Positions 29,076 to 38,560 of a stretch of 64,000 nt of DNA are shown in pieces. The DNA lies in the NCBI GenBank assembly GCA_041946805.1, contig JBHGBC010000011.1:4151-68150 (forward strand). Reading direction: 5' to 3'. The translations under genes and the position numbers were made by a program. The notes under the pieces are model-generated. The model did not search any database and was not told where the DNA came from. It saw only the letters and a list, made by a program, of their open reading frames with translations. How positions within the stretch are numbered: the first letter of the stretch is position 1; every line of letters starts with the position of its first letter. The DNA is from a bacterium (GTDB taxonomy: Bacteria > Hinthialibacterota > Hinthialibacteria > Hinthialibacterales > Hinthialibacteraceae).

Positions 29076-30065
29076 ATGCCATCATCTTACGACCGCCGCA
29101 CCTTCATCCGCCACTCGCTGCTCACCTCCGTGGGGGGAACCTTGGCCGTGAATTCGCTTTCTCAATCGGCGCTGGCCCAGAACGCGCCTCAACCGGCTGG
29201 AGAGGCCCCGGCGGCGGCCGGCGGCGCGCTGCCCCAGGGAAAAATCGGGGACCTGCAGGTCAGCCGCCTGCTGCTGGGCGGAAACCTGCTCACCCATTTC
29301 ACCCATAGCCGCGATTTGCAATACGTCTATAACCTCGCGAAGCATTACAACACGGTCGAAAAGATCTGGGAAACCATGGCGCTGGCCGAGAAGCACGGCG
29401 TCAACACGGTGGTCATCCACACCGCCCCCGGGGTCATGGATTTCCTGCAGCGGTACCGCAACGAGCGCGGCGGCAAGATCCAGTGGATCATCTGTCCCAC
29501 CGCGCCCATCGACGATTCGATGGAAGAGTTCCGCAAGCAAGTACGGGAAATCGTGGAAGCCGGCGTGGACGCGGTGTATGTCTGGGGCGTGCGTTCGGAC
29601 CAGCTGGTGGCGCAGGGCCGGCCCGAGCTGATCGCCAAGGCAGTCGCCATCGCCAAGGAATTCGGCGTCCCCTGCGGCGTGGGCGCGCACGACCTGCGGG
29701 TGATCACCGCCTGCGAGAAGAATGGAGCCAACGCCGATTTTTATATCAAGACCTTCCATCATCACAACTATCCCAGCGGGCCCAAGCCGGAAGAGATCAA
29801 GGATCCCTACGCCGAGTTCCCCGGCTATTGGTGCAGCCACCCGAACGAAGTGGTCGAGGTCATGAAGGACATCGGCAAACCCTGGATCGCCTTCAAGGTC
29901 ATGGCCGCCGGGGCCATCCCGCCGGAAAGCGCCTTCCAGTTCGCCTTCGACAACGGGGCCGATCACGTGCTGGCGGGAATGTTCGATTTCGAGATCGCCG
30001 AGGATGTCCAAATCGCCAAGACCGTCTTGGAAAAAGTCAACCGCAAGCGGGAGTGGGTCAGTTAG
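29076..30065 (+). CDS. Tat-exported aldo/keto-reductase-like TIM-barrel protein
   Basis: ATG after AGGAGA; DRRTFIR Tat motif. VSRLLLGGN, GVGAH, KPWIAFKVMAAGAI.P..AF.FAF.NGAD and GMFDFE. Confidence 0.75.
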   Translation: MPSSYDRRTFIRHSLLTSVGGTLAVNSLSQSALAQNAPQPAGEAPAAAGGALPQGKIGDLQVSRLLLGGNLLTHFTHSRDLQYVYNLAKHYNTVEKIWETMALAEKHGVNTVVIHTAPGVMDFLQRYRNERGGKIQWIICPTAPIDDSMEEFRKQVREIVEAGVDAVYVWGVRSDQLVAQGRPELIAKAVAIAKEFGVPCGVGAHDLRVITACEKNGANADFYIKTFHHHNYPSGPKPEEIKDPYAEFPGYWCSHPNEVVEVMKDIGKPWIAFKVMAAGAIPPESAFQFAFDNGADHVLAGMFDFEIAEDVQIAKTVLEKVNRKREWVS

Positions 30066-30361
30066 GCGGGGATGGAGCCATTCAATCCTTTCGCCGCCAT
30101 CATCCCAGGGCTGAAGCCCTGGGCTATTTTAATCTGGTCGTTGAAACGGTAAAACATCATCAAAGAAGCAAGGCCATTGGTCCGGGGATTCAATTCGGGG
30201 CCAATGGCCTGGATTCCCGCATACGGGGGATGACATCCGTTGCGAGATTGAATGATCTTGGAGTTTGAGAGGGTGGCAAGAGGTTCGGGGCGCGTGGCGC
30301 TGGGCCTCTATAATAATCTGGCTCATAAACAATCAGCCTACAATGCATTCATCCGTTTCTC

Positions 30362-31939
30362 ATGCCCCATCATCCTGGACATCTTGTGCATCCGGACCAT
30401 CCTGATTCAGACCCAATCCCTTTGCTCCCGCGGACGTATCTCCGTATCAGCCAAACCCTGCTGGCGTGGGCGGCGTTGTTGATCTTCTATTTTGCGTGCC
30501 TGTCGCACACGGTGCTGGAGATCGACATCTGGCACCAGCTGGCCCTGGCGCGGGAAATCGTGCGGTGCGGTCATGTTCCGATAGAAGATGTCTTCGCCTT
30601 CACGCCCACCGTGAAGCCTGCTATCCATCACGAATGGGGAGCGGGGATGGCCGCTTACGCGGCGCTGCGGATGTGGGGGGCGGGGGGGCTGCTGGCCATC
30701 AAATACGCGTTGGGTTTCGGGCTGCTGGGGATCCTCGTGGGGATCCTGCGGCGGCAATCCATTCCGCCCGGGCTGATGATGTTGTGCCTGCCGGTGGGTT
30801 TCATCCTGCTGCAACGGGGATTCACCACGCTGCGGCCGCAAATGTATTCCCTGTGCTTCACCGCGCTGCTGCTCTGGTTTCTGCGGATGGACCGAAATGG
30901 TAACCGGGGGTGGCGGTACGTTTGGCCTTTTTTGTTTGTGGTCTGGATCAACCTCCATGGCGGATTCCTGATTGCCTTCGGGCTGCTGGGGGCGTACGGC
31001 TTGGAATGTTTTCTGGACCGGCGGCCCTGGCGGCCGGTGGCGGTCCTGCTGCTGATCCAGGCGGGGCTGCTGGCCCTGACGCCGTACGGCCTGGCTTACT
31101 ACCCCTTCTGGTGGCACGCCCTCACGGGGCTGGAGCGGCAGTATCTGACGGATTGGCGGCCGCTCTACACGTGGTGGACCGAAGGCCAGGCCCGCTTTCC
31201 CTTCGTGGTATATCTCCTCTCCGCCGCCGCCGCAATACTCGGATTCCTTCGCGCGGCTTCCTGGCCCGCCGGCCGGTTTGAGATTTTGTTACTGGGGGCG
31301 GCGGCGTTCTTCTGCCAACGGCTGGTCTTCTTTTACGCCCTGGCGTGGCTGGCTTATGTTCCGCTGGCCTTGCGCCCGTGCCGGATGGGAAAAGCGGTTC
31401 AGGCCGTGTGGGAAAAATACCCGCTGTTGTGGATCATCGTCTCGCTTTCCGTCTTCTTTTCGTTCGGCCGATTCCTCCTGGCGCGGCAGCCGTTCGAGGT
31501 GCTGATCCCCGGCGCGCGGCTCGAGCGGTACGGTGACCATCCCATCTATCCCGTGGGGGCGGCCGATTATCTGCGGCGGCTGGGCTTCAAGGGCAATCTC
31601 ATGGTCTATTTCGCCCAAGGTTCCTATGTGGCATGGAATCTCTATCCTCACGTGCGGATCGCGGCCGACGACCGCTACGAGGCGGCGTATCCCGAATGGA
31701 TTATCGAGGAGAATTTCCAACTGTACGATCAAGCCAAGGATTACGAACGGATCCTGGCGGCGTACCGGGTGGATGGCGTCCTGGTCCCTCAGCGATGCTC
31801 TCTGGCCAAGGCCTTGCGCAAGGACCCTCGCTGGCAAGCCGTCTACACGGATCCCGAATACGCCATCTATGTATCGGCGGGCGCCGGCTATCCCTTGGAG
31901 AAACACGCCCAGGTGATGCCCTGGGGCAGCCTTCCCTGA
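30362..31939 (+). CDS. Polytopic membrane protein, putative GT-C-fold glycosyltransferase (start uncertain)
   Basis: DIWHQLALAREI..G..P..D.FAFT..HEW, RPQMYS and WINLHGGF; about 10 hydrophobic segments; C-terminal YPV.A..YL domain. The ORF-track N-terminus overlaps a 9-nt repeat element. Confidence 0.65.
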   Translation: MPHHPGHLVHPDHPDSDPIPLLPRTYLRISQTLLAWAALLIFYFACLSHTVLEIDIWHQLALAREIVRCGHVPIEDVFAFTPTVKPAIHHEWGAGMAAYAALRMWGAGGLLAIKYALGFGLLGILVGILRRQSIPPGLMMLCLPVGFILLQRGFTTLRPQMYSLCFTALLLWFLRMDRNGNRGWRYVWPFLFVVWINLHGGFLIAFGLLGAYGLECFLDRRPWRPVAVLLLIQAGLLALTPYGLAYYPFWWHALTGLERQYLTDWRPLYTWWTEGQARFPFVVYLLSAAAAILGFLRAASWPAGRFEILLLGAAAFFCQRLVFFYALAWLAYVPLALRPCRMGKAVQAVWEKYPLLWIIVSLSVFFSFGRFLLARQPFEVLIPGARLERYGDHPIYPVGAADYLRRLGFKGNLMVYFAQGSYVAWNLYPHVRIAADDRYEAAYPEWIIEENFQLYDQAKDYERILAAYRVDGVLVPQRCSLAKALRKDPRWQAVYTDPEYAIYVSAGAGYPLEKHAQVMPWGSLP

Positions 31940-32065
31940 GAGGAAACCGGGAAGCGTGCCGGGCACATTGCCTTTCCCCGCGCGGCAAGGAAGAATAGAT
32001 CTCCGCCCACCCCGGGGGCTTTACTTTTCAATTCATCTTATGATCCAAAAGGAAATACCGGATTC

Positions 32066-32467
32066 ATGAAAAAAGATATCCTCACAATCAAAACCTCGGC
32101 CCGGACCGAATTTGTTCCCCTATTCCAGAAAGTCCAGAGTGTGTTGTCCACGTGGGGCGCGCGGGATGGAATCTGCACGTTCTATGTCCCGCACACCACC
32201 GCCGGGATTTTCATCAACGAGGGGTGCGATCCCGACGTGGCGCACGACATTCAAAACACCCTGGACCGCCTGGTCCCCTGGCAGGGGGGATATCATCACA
32301 TCGAGGGCAATTCCGCCGCCCATATCAAGGCCGCTCTGGTGGGCAACAGCCGTCAAGTATTGGTCGAGAACGGCCAATTGCAGCTGGGCCGTTGGGAGGA
32401 TATTTTTTTTGCCGAATTCGACGGCCCCCGCGCCCGGCAGCTGATCATGGCCTTCCTCGAGGGCTGA
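32066..32467 (+). CDS. yjbQ: UPF0047/YjbQ secondary thiamine-phosphate synthase family protein
   Basis: VPHTTAGIFINE..DPDV..D, H.EGNSAAHIKA and LGRW..IFFAEFDGPR.R. Confidence 0.92.
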   Translation: MKKDILTIKTSARTEFVPLFQKVQSVLSTWGARDGICTFYVPHTTAGIFINEGCDPDVAHDIQNTLDRLVPWQGGYHHIEGNSAAHIKAALVGNSRQVLVENGQLQLGRWEDIFFAEFDGPRARQLIMAFLEG

Positions 32468-32856
32468 CTTTGAACGGCTTCGCCAACGCGTACCCCTGCC
32501 CTGTCGCAGGTTGGATTAGCGCGAAACGCGTGACCTGCCCCTCCCTGTCGAATCCCCGCCGGGAATCCATTAAATTGCCGCGGTTTTAACCTGTGGAGCG
32601 GAACTGGGCATCAGGCCGTGGAGCACACGCTTCCCGGTTTGACTCGCATCCCTCTCCCTCTGGGAGAGGGCCAGGGTGAGGGATGCCCTGGAAAAGCGAA
32701 ATATGTTTTCATCTGGCCATCGAATGGCGAGTTCCGTTGGGTAATTTTCAGGCTGCGTTGAAACCAGCTGGCTATCATCCAGGCCTTCTCCCCCATGCGT
32801 GTTTTTTGCGACAATACGACTGGCTGGATCTTCACCGATTTTCCTGGAGGGAATCC

Positions 32857-34017
32857 ATGATGAAGCGTTTCTTTCACGTTGCGGCAACCGCGTTCCTCAT
32901 TCTCCTGCTGGTTCTGCCCGGCATCCCATCCCCGATTTCCGCGGACGAGACGGGCGTCAGCGAGGCCCGCTTCGCGCGGCTGGCGAAAGGCATCAATCTT
33001 CCCGGATGGATGTGGCTCACCCGCCGGGAAGTGGGGGATTTGGAACGGCGGTTTTCGTCCGAGGACCTGGAACTCATTCACAACCTGGGATTGACCCACG
33101 TGCGTGTGCCGATCGATATGGCCAATGTGTACGACTCCCGGGAGAAGGAACTGCTGAATCCCCGCGCGGTGGAATGGCTGGACCAGGGCATCGACAAGAT
33201 CCTGCAACATGGCCTGGCCGTGGTGGTGGACCTGCACAGCATCTCGCAGCGGGAGGGCGGCAGCAATTATTCCGGCCCGCTGGGTGAGGATGAGAAATTC
33301 ACTGAATCATTCATCCGGTTTTGGTCCCGGTTCGCCCAGCATTTGAGCAAGCATGATCCCGAACGGGTGTTTTTGGAATCCATGAACGAGCCGGTCTTCC
33401 GCCAAAAGGAGGATCTCTGGCCGCCCATCCAGGAAAGGGTGATCCAAGCCATCCGCCAGAACGCGCCCCGGCATACGATCCTCGCCACCGGCGCCGGCTG
33501 GTCGAATATCCACACCTTCGTGAAACTCCAACCGCTGGCGGACAAAAACATCATCTATAACTTCCACTTCTACGAACCGCACATCTTCACCCACCAGGGA
33601 GCCACCTGGAGCTCGGACATGGTCAAGATCCTCCGCGAGGTCCCCTACCCCTCCACGCCGGAAGCGGTGCAAAAGCCCATCGGTCTCGTGGAGGATGAAG
33701 AGGCGAAAAAAGCCCTGCAACGGTATGGGGATGAGCGCTGGAACGCGGACAAAATCGGCGAGGCGATCGGACATGCGGCGGCCTGGGGACAAACCCACGG
33801 CGTCCAACTGACCTGCAACGAGTTCGGCGCGTACCGGAACTTCTGCCTGCCGGAATACCGGATCCCGTGGATCCATGACGTCCGCGCCGCGTTGGAGCAA
33901 CACCACATCGGCTGGTGCATGTGGGAATTCGACGGCAGCTTCGGCCTCGTCCGGCGCGAAAACCGGAAAGCGGCCGTGGATGAAGATGTGGCGAAGGCCT
34001 TGGGATTGAAGGAATAA
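32857..34017 (+). CDS. Secreted GH5 glycoside hydrolase
   Basis: ATG after GGAGG; signal peptide. GLTHVRVP, VVVDLH, MNEP acid/base, FHFYEP..FTHQGA.W, CNEFG nucleophile and GWCMW. Confidence 0.92.
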   Translation: MMKRFFHVAATAFLILLLVLPGIPSPISADETGVSEARFARLAKGINLPGWMWLTRREVGDLERRFSSEDLELIHNLGLTHVRVPIDMANVYDSREKELLNPRAVEWLDQGIDKILQHGLAVVVDLHSISQREGGSNYSGPLGEDEKFTESFIRFWSRFAQHLSKHDPERVFLESMNEPVFRQKEDLWPPIQERVIQAIRQNAPRHTILATGAGWSNIHTFVKLQPLADKNIIYNFHFYEPHIFTHQGATWSSDMVKILREVPYPSTPEAVQKPIGLVEDEEAKKALQRYGDERWNADKIGEAIGHAAAWGQTHGVQLTCNEFGAYRNFCLPEYRIPWIHDVRAALEQHHIGWCMWEFDGSFGLVRRENRKAAVDEDVAKALGLKE

Positions 34018-34020
34018 TCC

Positions 34021-34722
34021 TTATTCCGTCACCGCTTGCAGGGTAAATCCCGTGGGGACGACGGTCACCATGTACCGCCTTCCTTCTTCCGCGTCCTGCG
34101 ACACCGCCGATCCGCTCACCATATCCACCAGGGGAATGGATTCGCGGTTCTTGTACAGCCAGCGCCACCATTTCTCGTCCGCGCGGTCAACCAGGGGATA
34201 CACGGTCCGTTCCTGGGTCCGTTCGTCGTCGATCGAGTAATAACTGCCCTCGATCCGGGTCAGCTGGTATACCGGCTTGAATCCAAAGAAATTGAGCAGG
34301 GGATGAAAGCGGACCAGATGGCCTTCGACCATCCAGCGGTCGCCCTTCAGGTGATATTCCTGCTCGAACGGCTGTACCTTCTCGCTCAGCGGCCGGCCCA
34401 ATTCCCGGATCCGGACGAAGAAGCCGCCGTCGTCATCCAGTCTTTCCACCGTGACCGAGGCGATCGGCTCGCCCACGACATACGTGCGGTAGGACTGCAA
34501 AAACAACGCCAGATTCATGAAGGTCATCCCGGCGAAGAAAAAAATCAGGGTGGTAAGCCCCAGGACGGTGTCCCGTCCCGCTTTTCTCCGGCGCAGGCGT
34601 TCCCCGGTTTCGGGATGGCGTTTGATCCGGCGGACGCAATTGCGTAAAAAAACGAGCAGCAGCGCGAGCGAGACCATCTCCAGCGCCACCGCCAAACTGT
34701 ACAACATGGAGAGAAACCCCAT
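34021..34722 (-). CDS. Hypothetical membrane protein (two N-terminal TM helices, periplasmic beta domain)
   Basis: RBS GAGGGGGAG; two hydrophobic helices; L.GDRW.VEG..V and YQL.RI.G.Y motifs. Confidence 0.7.
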   Translation of the reverse strand: MGFLSMLYSLAVALEMVSLALLLVFLRNCVRRIKRHPETGERLRRRKAGRDTVLGLTTLIFFFAGMTFMNLALFLQSYRTYVVGEPIASVTVERLDDDGGFFVRIRELGRPLSEKVQPFEQEYHLKGDRWMVEGHLVRFHPLLNFFGFKPVYQLTRIEGSYYSIDDERTQERTVYPLVDRADEKWWRWLYKNRESIPLVDMVSGSAVSQDAEEGRRYMVTVVPTGFTLQAVTE

Positions 34723-34909
34723 GGCGCTCCCCCTCTCATGAATTCGGGTGCGGCTGGATTATTTTAAAACGATCCACGAGCTGAATCGGCTATTGCGATT
34801 CCTAAACTATGGATGTTTTTTCGATCCACCTAATGAAATCCACCCAACGGCTACGAGCGGCTGCTTCGAAACAACATCACTCTTTACCGGTTGGCAGTAC
34901 AGCTTTTGA

Positions 34910-35012
34910 GCGCCAACGGCGCGGCATGAGTATAGCCCAGGGCGTAAGCCTTGGGAGGAATAATTCAATAGTTTTAATCCCCTCTCCCTCTGGGAGAGGG
35001 CCTGGGTGAGGG
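34910..35012 (+). repeat. Composite REP-like element
   Basis: GCGCCAACGGCGCGGCATGAGTATAGCCCAGGGCGTAAGCCTTGGGA...CCCCTCTCCCTCTGGGAGAGGGCCTGGGTGAGGG. Confidence 0.8.
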
Positions 35013-35045
35013 TTTTTTAGCCGGGGCGGACCTTGGCCTCAGTCC

Positions 35046-35336
35046 TCATCCCGGCGTGAATGGAATCGATTTAACCTCATTAGGTACGCACTTACTGGAT
35101 GATCCATCTATTATAAATCGTTTCCCATGAATGTCCTCTTTCCCTTCTATTGCATCATTTAGCAAAACTGCTATTCGTAAATCTTCCACTAAAAAATCAA
35201 CATTTTCCCATGTCACTCCAACGAGTTCCCGAAATAGTTTTGCTTTATGTCTCCCTTCTTCATGCTCATCGTTGAGCACGTAATCCTGAAATTGGCGTAA
35301 ATCTATGATCGCTTTGTCCCCATTCGGTAAACGCAA
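35046..35336 (-). pseudogene. DUF6883-like protein, probably C-terminally truncated
   Basis: LPN.DKAIID..F.DYVLN.EHE.GRHKA.LF....G motif; AT-rich. The usual C-terminal strands (V.T.W..PRL) are missing. Confidence 0.55.
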
Positions 35337-35360
35337 AGTAACGCATCTCCTCTCCCAGAA

Positions 35361-36101
35361 TCATTCTCCCCCCGCCGCCGCGATGGCCTCCTCCAGGGTG
35401 AATTTCTTTTCATACAATGCCTTGCCCACGATGACGCCGGTAATGCTCCCCTGCTGCAGCGAGCGCGCCATGCCCGCCAGCGCCCGGATGTGATCCAGAC
35501 CGCCGATCCCTCCCGAGGCGGTCAGCGGAAACGGCGAGCATTCAGCCATGCGCGCGGTGGCCTCCAGGTTGGGGCCCTCCAGGGTCCCGTCCCGCGCGAT
35601 GTCCGTATAGATGACGGCGGCGAGGGGCAATCCCGCGAATTCCCGCACCAGGTCCGTGGCCAAAACCCGGCTGTCCGCGCGCCAGCCCCGGGTGGCCACC
35701 AAACCCTCGCGGGCGTCGATGCCCAAAACAATGCGATTCGGAAAACGCCGCGCCGCTTCGTCCACCAATTCCGGTTTTTCGAGCAGCACGCTGCCCAGGA
35801 TGGCCCGGCTGACGCCCAGATCCAGGACGCGCTGGATGGCATCCAGGTCCCGCAGGCCGCCGCCCAGCTCGGTTTTCACGCTTACCGCCCCGGTGATTGC
35901 CCGAATAGCCTCCCCGTTTTGCATAAAGCCGTCTTTCGCGCCGTCCAGGTCCACGATGTGGATCGTCTGCGCGCCGCCGGCTTGCCATCGGCGTGCGACC
36001 TCTTCAGGACGCAGGTCATATACGGTCTTTTGGTCATATTCTCCCCGCCGCAGGCGGACCACCTGCCCGCCCTGCAAGTCGATGGCCGGAATGATTTCCA
36101 T
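35361..36101 (-). CDS. hisA: ProFAR isomerase
   Basis: IIPAIDLQGGQVVRL..G, HIVDLDGA, GGGLR, YTDIARDGTLEGPN, ASGGIG and IVGKALYE. Confidence 0.96.
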   Translation of the reverse strand: MEIIPAIDLQGGQVVRLRRGEYDQKTVYDLRPEEVARRWQAGGAQTIHIVDLDGAKDGFMQNGEAIRAITGAVSVKTELGGGLRDLDAIQRVLDLGVSRAILGSVLLEKPELVDEAARRFPNRIVLGIDAREGLVATRGWRADSRVLATDLVREFAGLPLAAVIYTDIARDGTLEGPNLEATARMAECSPFPLTASGGIGGLDHIRALAGMARSLQQGSITGVIVGKALYEKKFTLEEAIAAAGGE

Positions 36102-36734
36102 TTACGAGGCCCCTTCCTTGGCTTTAAAACTCAACCGGTTCTCCGTGCCGTTCAACAGACGTTTGATATTGGAGGTATGCCGCGCGACCAGCATCACCGC
36201 GGCTATCACCGAAAAGATCAACACTTCCAGCGAAGGCGCGGCGGGGGATTGCAGGACCCGCAATATCCCGCCCGCGGCCACCAGTGTCCCCGCGCCCGAA
36301 ATCGACGCCAGCGACATATAACGCGTCGTTCCCAGGACCAGCAGAAAAACCGCCAACGTGATCAAAAAGGGAACCGGGACCAGGGCCAGAAAAACACCGC
36401 CGGAGACGGCCACGCCCTTCCCACCCCCCTGGAATCCCAAAAAAACCGTCCAATTGTGCCCCAGGATCGCCGCGAGACCCGCCGCGATGGCCGCGAGCTC
36501 ATTGCCGGGACACAGCCAGCGCGTCAATCCGATGGCAATCACCCCTTTGCCGATGTCTACAAGCAATACCGGGATGCTGATCTTGAATCCCAGCGTGCGC
36601 CAGGCGTTGGTGAAGCCCAGGTTGCCGCTGCCGTGTTTGCGCAAGTCGATGCCGCGGATCCATTTCCCCGCGTAATAGGCGGAGGGGATGGAACCCAGCA
36701 GATAGGCCGTTATCAAACTCGCGAGGATGTTCAC
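36102..36734 (-). CDS. plsY: Glycerol-3-phosphate acyltransferase
   Basis: AYLLGSIP, DLRKHGSGNLG.TN.WR, D..KG, GHNW..F..F.GGKGVA and RH..NI.RL..GTE. Confidence 0.96.
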   Translation of the reverse strand: MNILASLITAYLLGSIPSAYYAGKWIRGIDLRKHGSGNLGFTNAWRTLGFKISIPVLLVDIGKGVIAIGLTRWLCPGNELAAIAAGLAAILGHNWTVFLGFQGGGKGVAVSGGVFLALVPVPFLITLAVFLLVLGTTRYMSLASISGAGTLVAAGGILRVLQSPAAPSLEVLIFSVIAAVMLVARHTSNIKRLLNGTENRLSFKAKEGAS

Positions 36735-38092
36735 CGGATTTTTCGGCTCTCCCTTTTTTTGAAATAGAGGCGCACAGGCGTTCCTTCCAATCCAAAGGTC
36801 TCATACAGCTGATTGATTAAAAAACGCTGATACGAAAAGTGGATGGCCTTGGGGTCGTTGGCGAACGCGACGAACGTGGGCGGCGCGGTCCCCACCTGGG
36901 TCCAATAATAGATCCGCGGGGTCCGTCCCTTGTGCAACGGCGGGGGATTGCGGCTCAGCAGTTTCTCCAGCAGCGCGTTCAAATCCGCCGTGGCGGCGCG
37001 GCTATGGTACTGCTCCAGGATCCGTTCCACGTGGGGGAAAATCCGCTGCACCCGCAACCGGGTGAGCGCCGAGATGAACTCGAGGGGCGCGTAATGCAAA
37101 AAGGGGATCCGCTCCCGGATGGCCTTCGCGTATGCGCCGGTGGTTCTTTCGTCTTTCTCCACCAGGTCCCACTTGTTCACGAGGATGATGGCCGCCTTGC
37201 CCGCGTCCTTGGCCAGGCCGAAGACCTTGGCGTCCGTCTCGGTCAATCCCTCCTGGGCATCGATCAGCAACAAAGCCAGATCGCAGCGTTCGAGGGCCTG
37301 CTGCGAGCGGATCAGCGTGTAATGCTCCAACCCCTGGCCGGTCTTGCCCCGCCGCCGGATGCCGGCCGTGTCGATGAGCAGGTACCGCTTGCCGTTCACC
37401 TCCACTTCCGTGTCCACCGGATCGCGCGTGGTCCCGGGGATCGGGGAGACGATCGACCGCTCCGAACCGCAAAGCGTGTTCAATAACGTGGACTTCCCTG
37501 TATTGGGGCGGCCGAGAATGGCGATGGCGGGGAGGGCGGGCGGCTCGGCCAGGATCCCTTCATCCGGGATATAGGCGGCCACCGCATCCAGCATGTCGCC
37601 GATTCCGGTCCCGTGGAGGGCGGAGACGGCATGCAGGTCCGTCAAGCCCAATTCATAAAAGGAGGCCATCACGGCCGCTTCGTGCTGGGGCGCGTCGACC
37701 TTGTTGACCACCGTGACGATCGGCTTGTCCAGGCGGCGTAGAAACAGGGCAATGTCATGATCGAGCGGCACGGGGCCGGTTTGGCCGTCCACGAGGAACA
37801 AAATCACCGCCGCGTGGCGGGCGGCCCGCTCGATCTGCTGCTGGATGATCTGGGAAAACGGATCCTCCCCGGGACCGAAAACGCCGCCGGTGTCGGCCAG
37901 CGTAAAATACTTCCCGCACCAGTCCGCCTGCCGGAAGAGGACGTCGCGGGTGACGCCGGGTTGATCGTCGACGATGGCGTCCCGCTTTCCCAGAATCCGG
38001 TTGAACAGGGTCGATTTCCCCACATTGGGCCGCCCCACGATCACCACCCAGGAGAGGGCGGGCGGATTGACGCTATCCACCTCGACTTTCAT
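36731..38092 (-). CDS. der: Ribosome biogenesis GTPase Der/EngA
   Basis: Two GTPase domains (GRPNVGKS/GVTRD/DTGG/NKVD; GRPNTGKS/GTTRD/DTAG/NKWD) plus C-terminal KH-like domain (PPTF..Y.RFL.NQL). Confidence 0.97.
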   Translation of the reverse strand: MKVEVDSVNPPALSWVVIVGRPNVGKSTLFNRILGKRDAIVDDQPGVTRDVLFRQADWCGKYFTLADTGGVFGPGEDPFSQIIQQQIERAARHAAVILFLVDGQTGPVPLDHDIALFLRRLDKPIVTVVNKVDAPQHEAAVMASFYELGLTDLHAVSALHGTGIGDMLDAVAAYIPDEGILAEPPALPAIAILGRPNTGKSTLLNTLCGSERSIVSPIPGTTRDPVDTEVEVNGKRYLLIDTAGIRRRGKTGQGLEHYTLIRSQQALERCDLALLLIDAQEGLTETDAKVFGLAKDAGKAAIILVNKWDLVEKDERTTGAYAKAIRERIPFLHYAPLEFISALTRLRVQRIFPHVERILEQYHSRAATADLNALLEKLLSRNPPPLHKGRTPRIYYWTQVGTAPPTFVAFANDPKAIHFSYQRFLINQLYETFGLEGTPVRLYFKKRESRKIR

Positions 38093-38345
38093 GCCATACT
38101 CCAATCCACGGTTTATTTCCCAGAAATTATAGTGTAGGATCCCCCGGGCTGAATCCAAACTCTTGCCCAGACGCATCGGGTGAGTATTTCCTGCTCCTTT
38201 TCAAACGGCAAGTGTCTCTTTTTAATCAACTGTTCACAAAAAGACATTCACCCCGGGACACGAACCGCCCGGATGACTGCACTCTTCCAGCCTCGTCGAT
38301 TATAACATATTGAATACAGTACAGATAGATCAAGTAATCGGAAGT

Positions 38346-38361
38346 TGGCACAACCCATGCA
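38346..38361 (+). promoter_or_regulatory. Sigma54 (-24/-12) promoter of glnA
   Basis: TGGCAC-AACCC-ATGCA with canonical GG-N10-GC spacing, about 200 nt upstream of glnA. Confidence 0.75.
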
Positions 38362-38560
38362 TTAAGGATTTGGTCAAGAATCACATGGGCATCCAATTCT
38401 TATGTTGTTGGCCTCAAAGCCGGATCTTGGATGATGTTCACATTCCTTCTCACACCAAATGAAGGGGCATGGACTGCATGGACTTCCAATCCATGAGAAT
38501 ACGTTGAATTTCGGCGGTTGCCGTTTATCAAAACCATATCAATCAAAGGAGAAGCCAACC

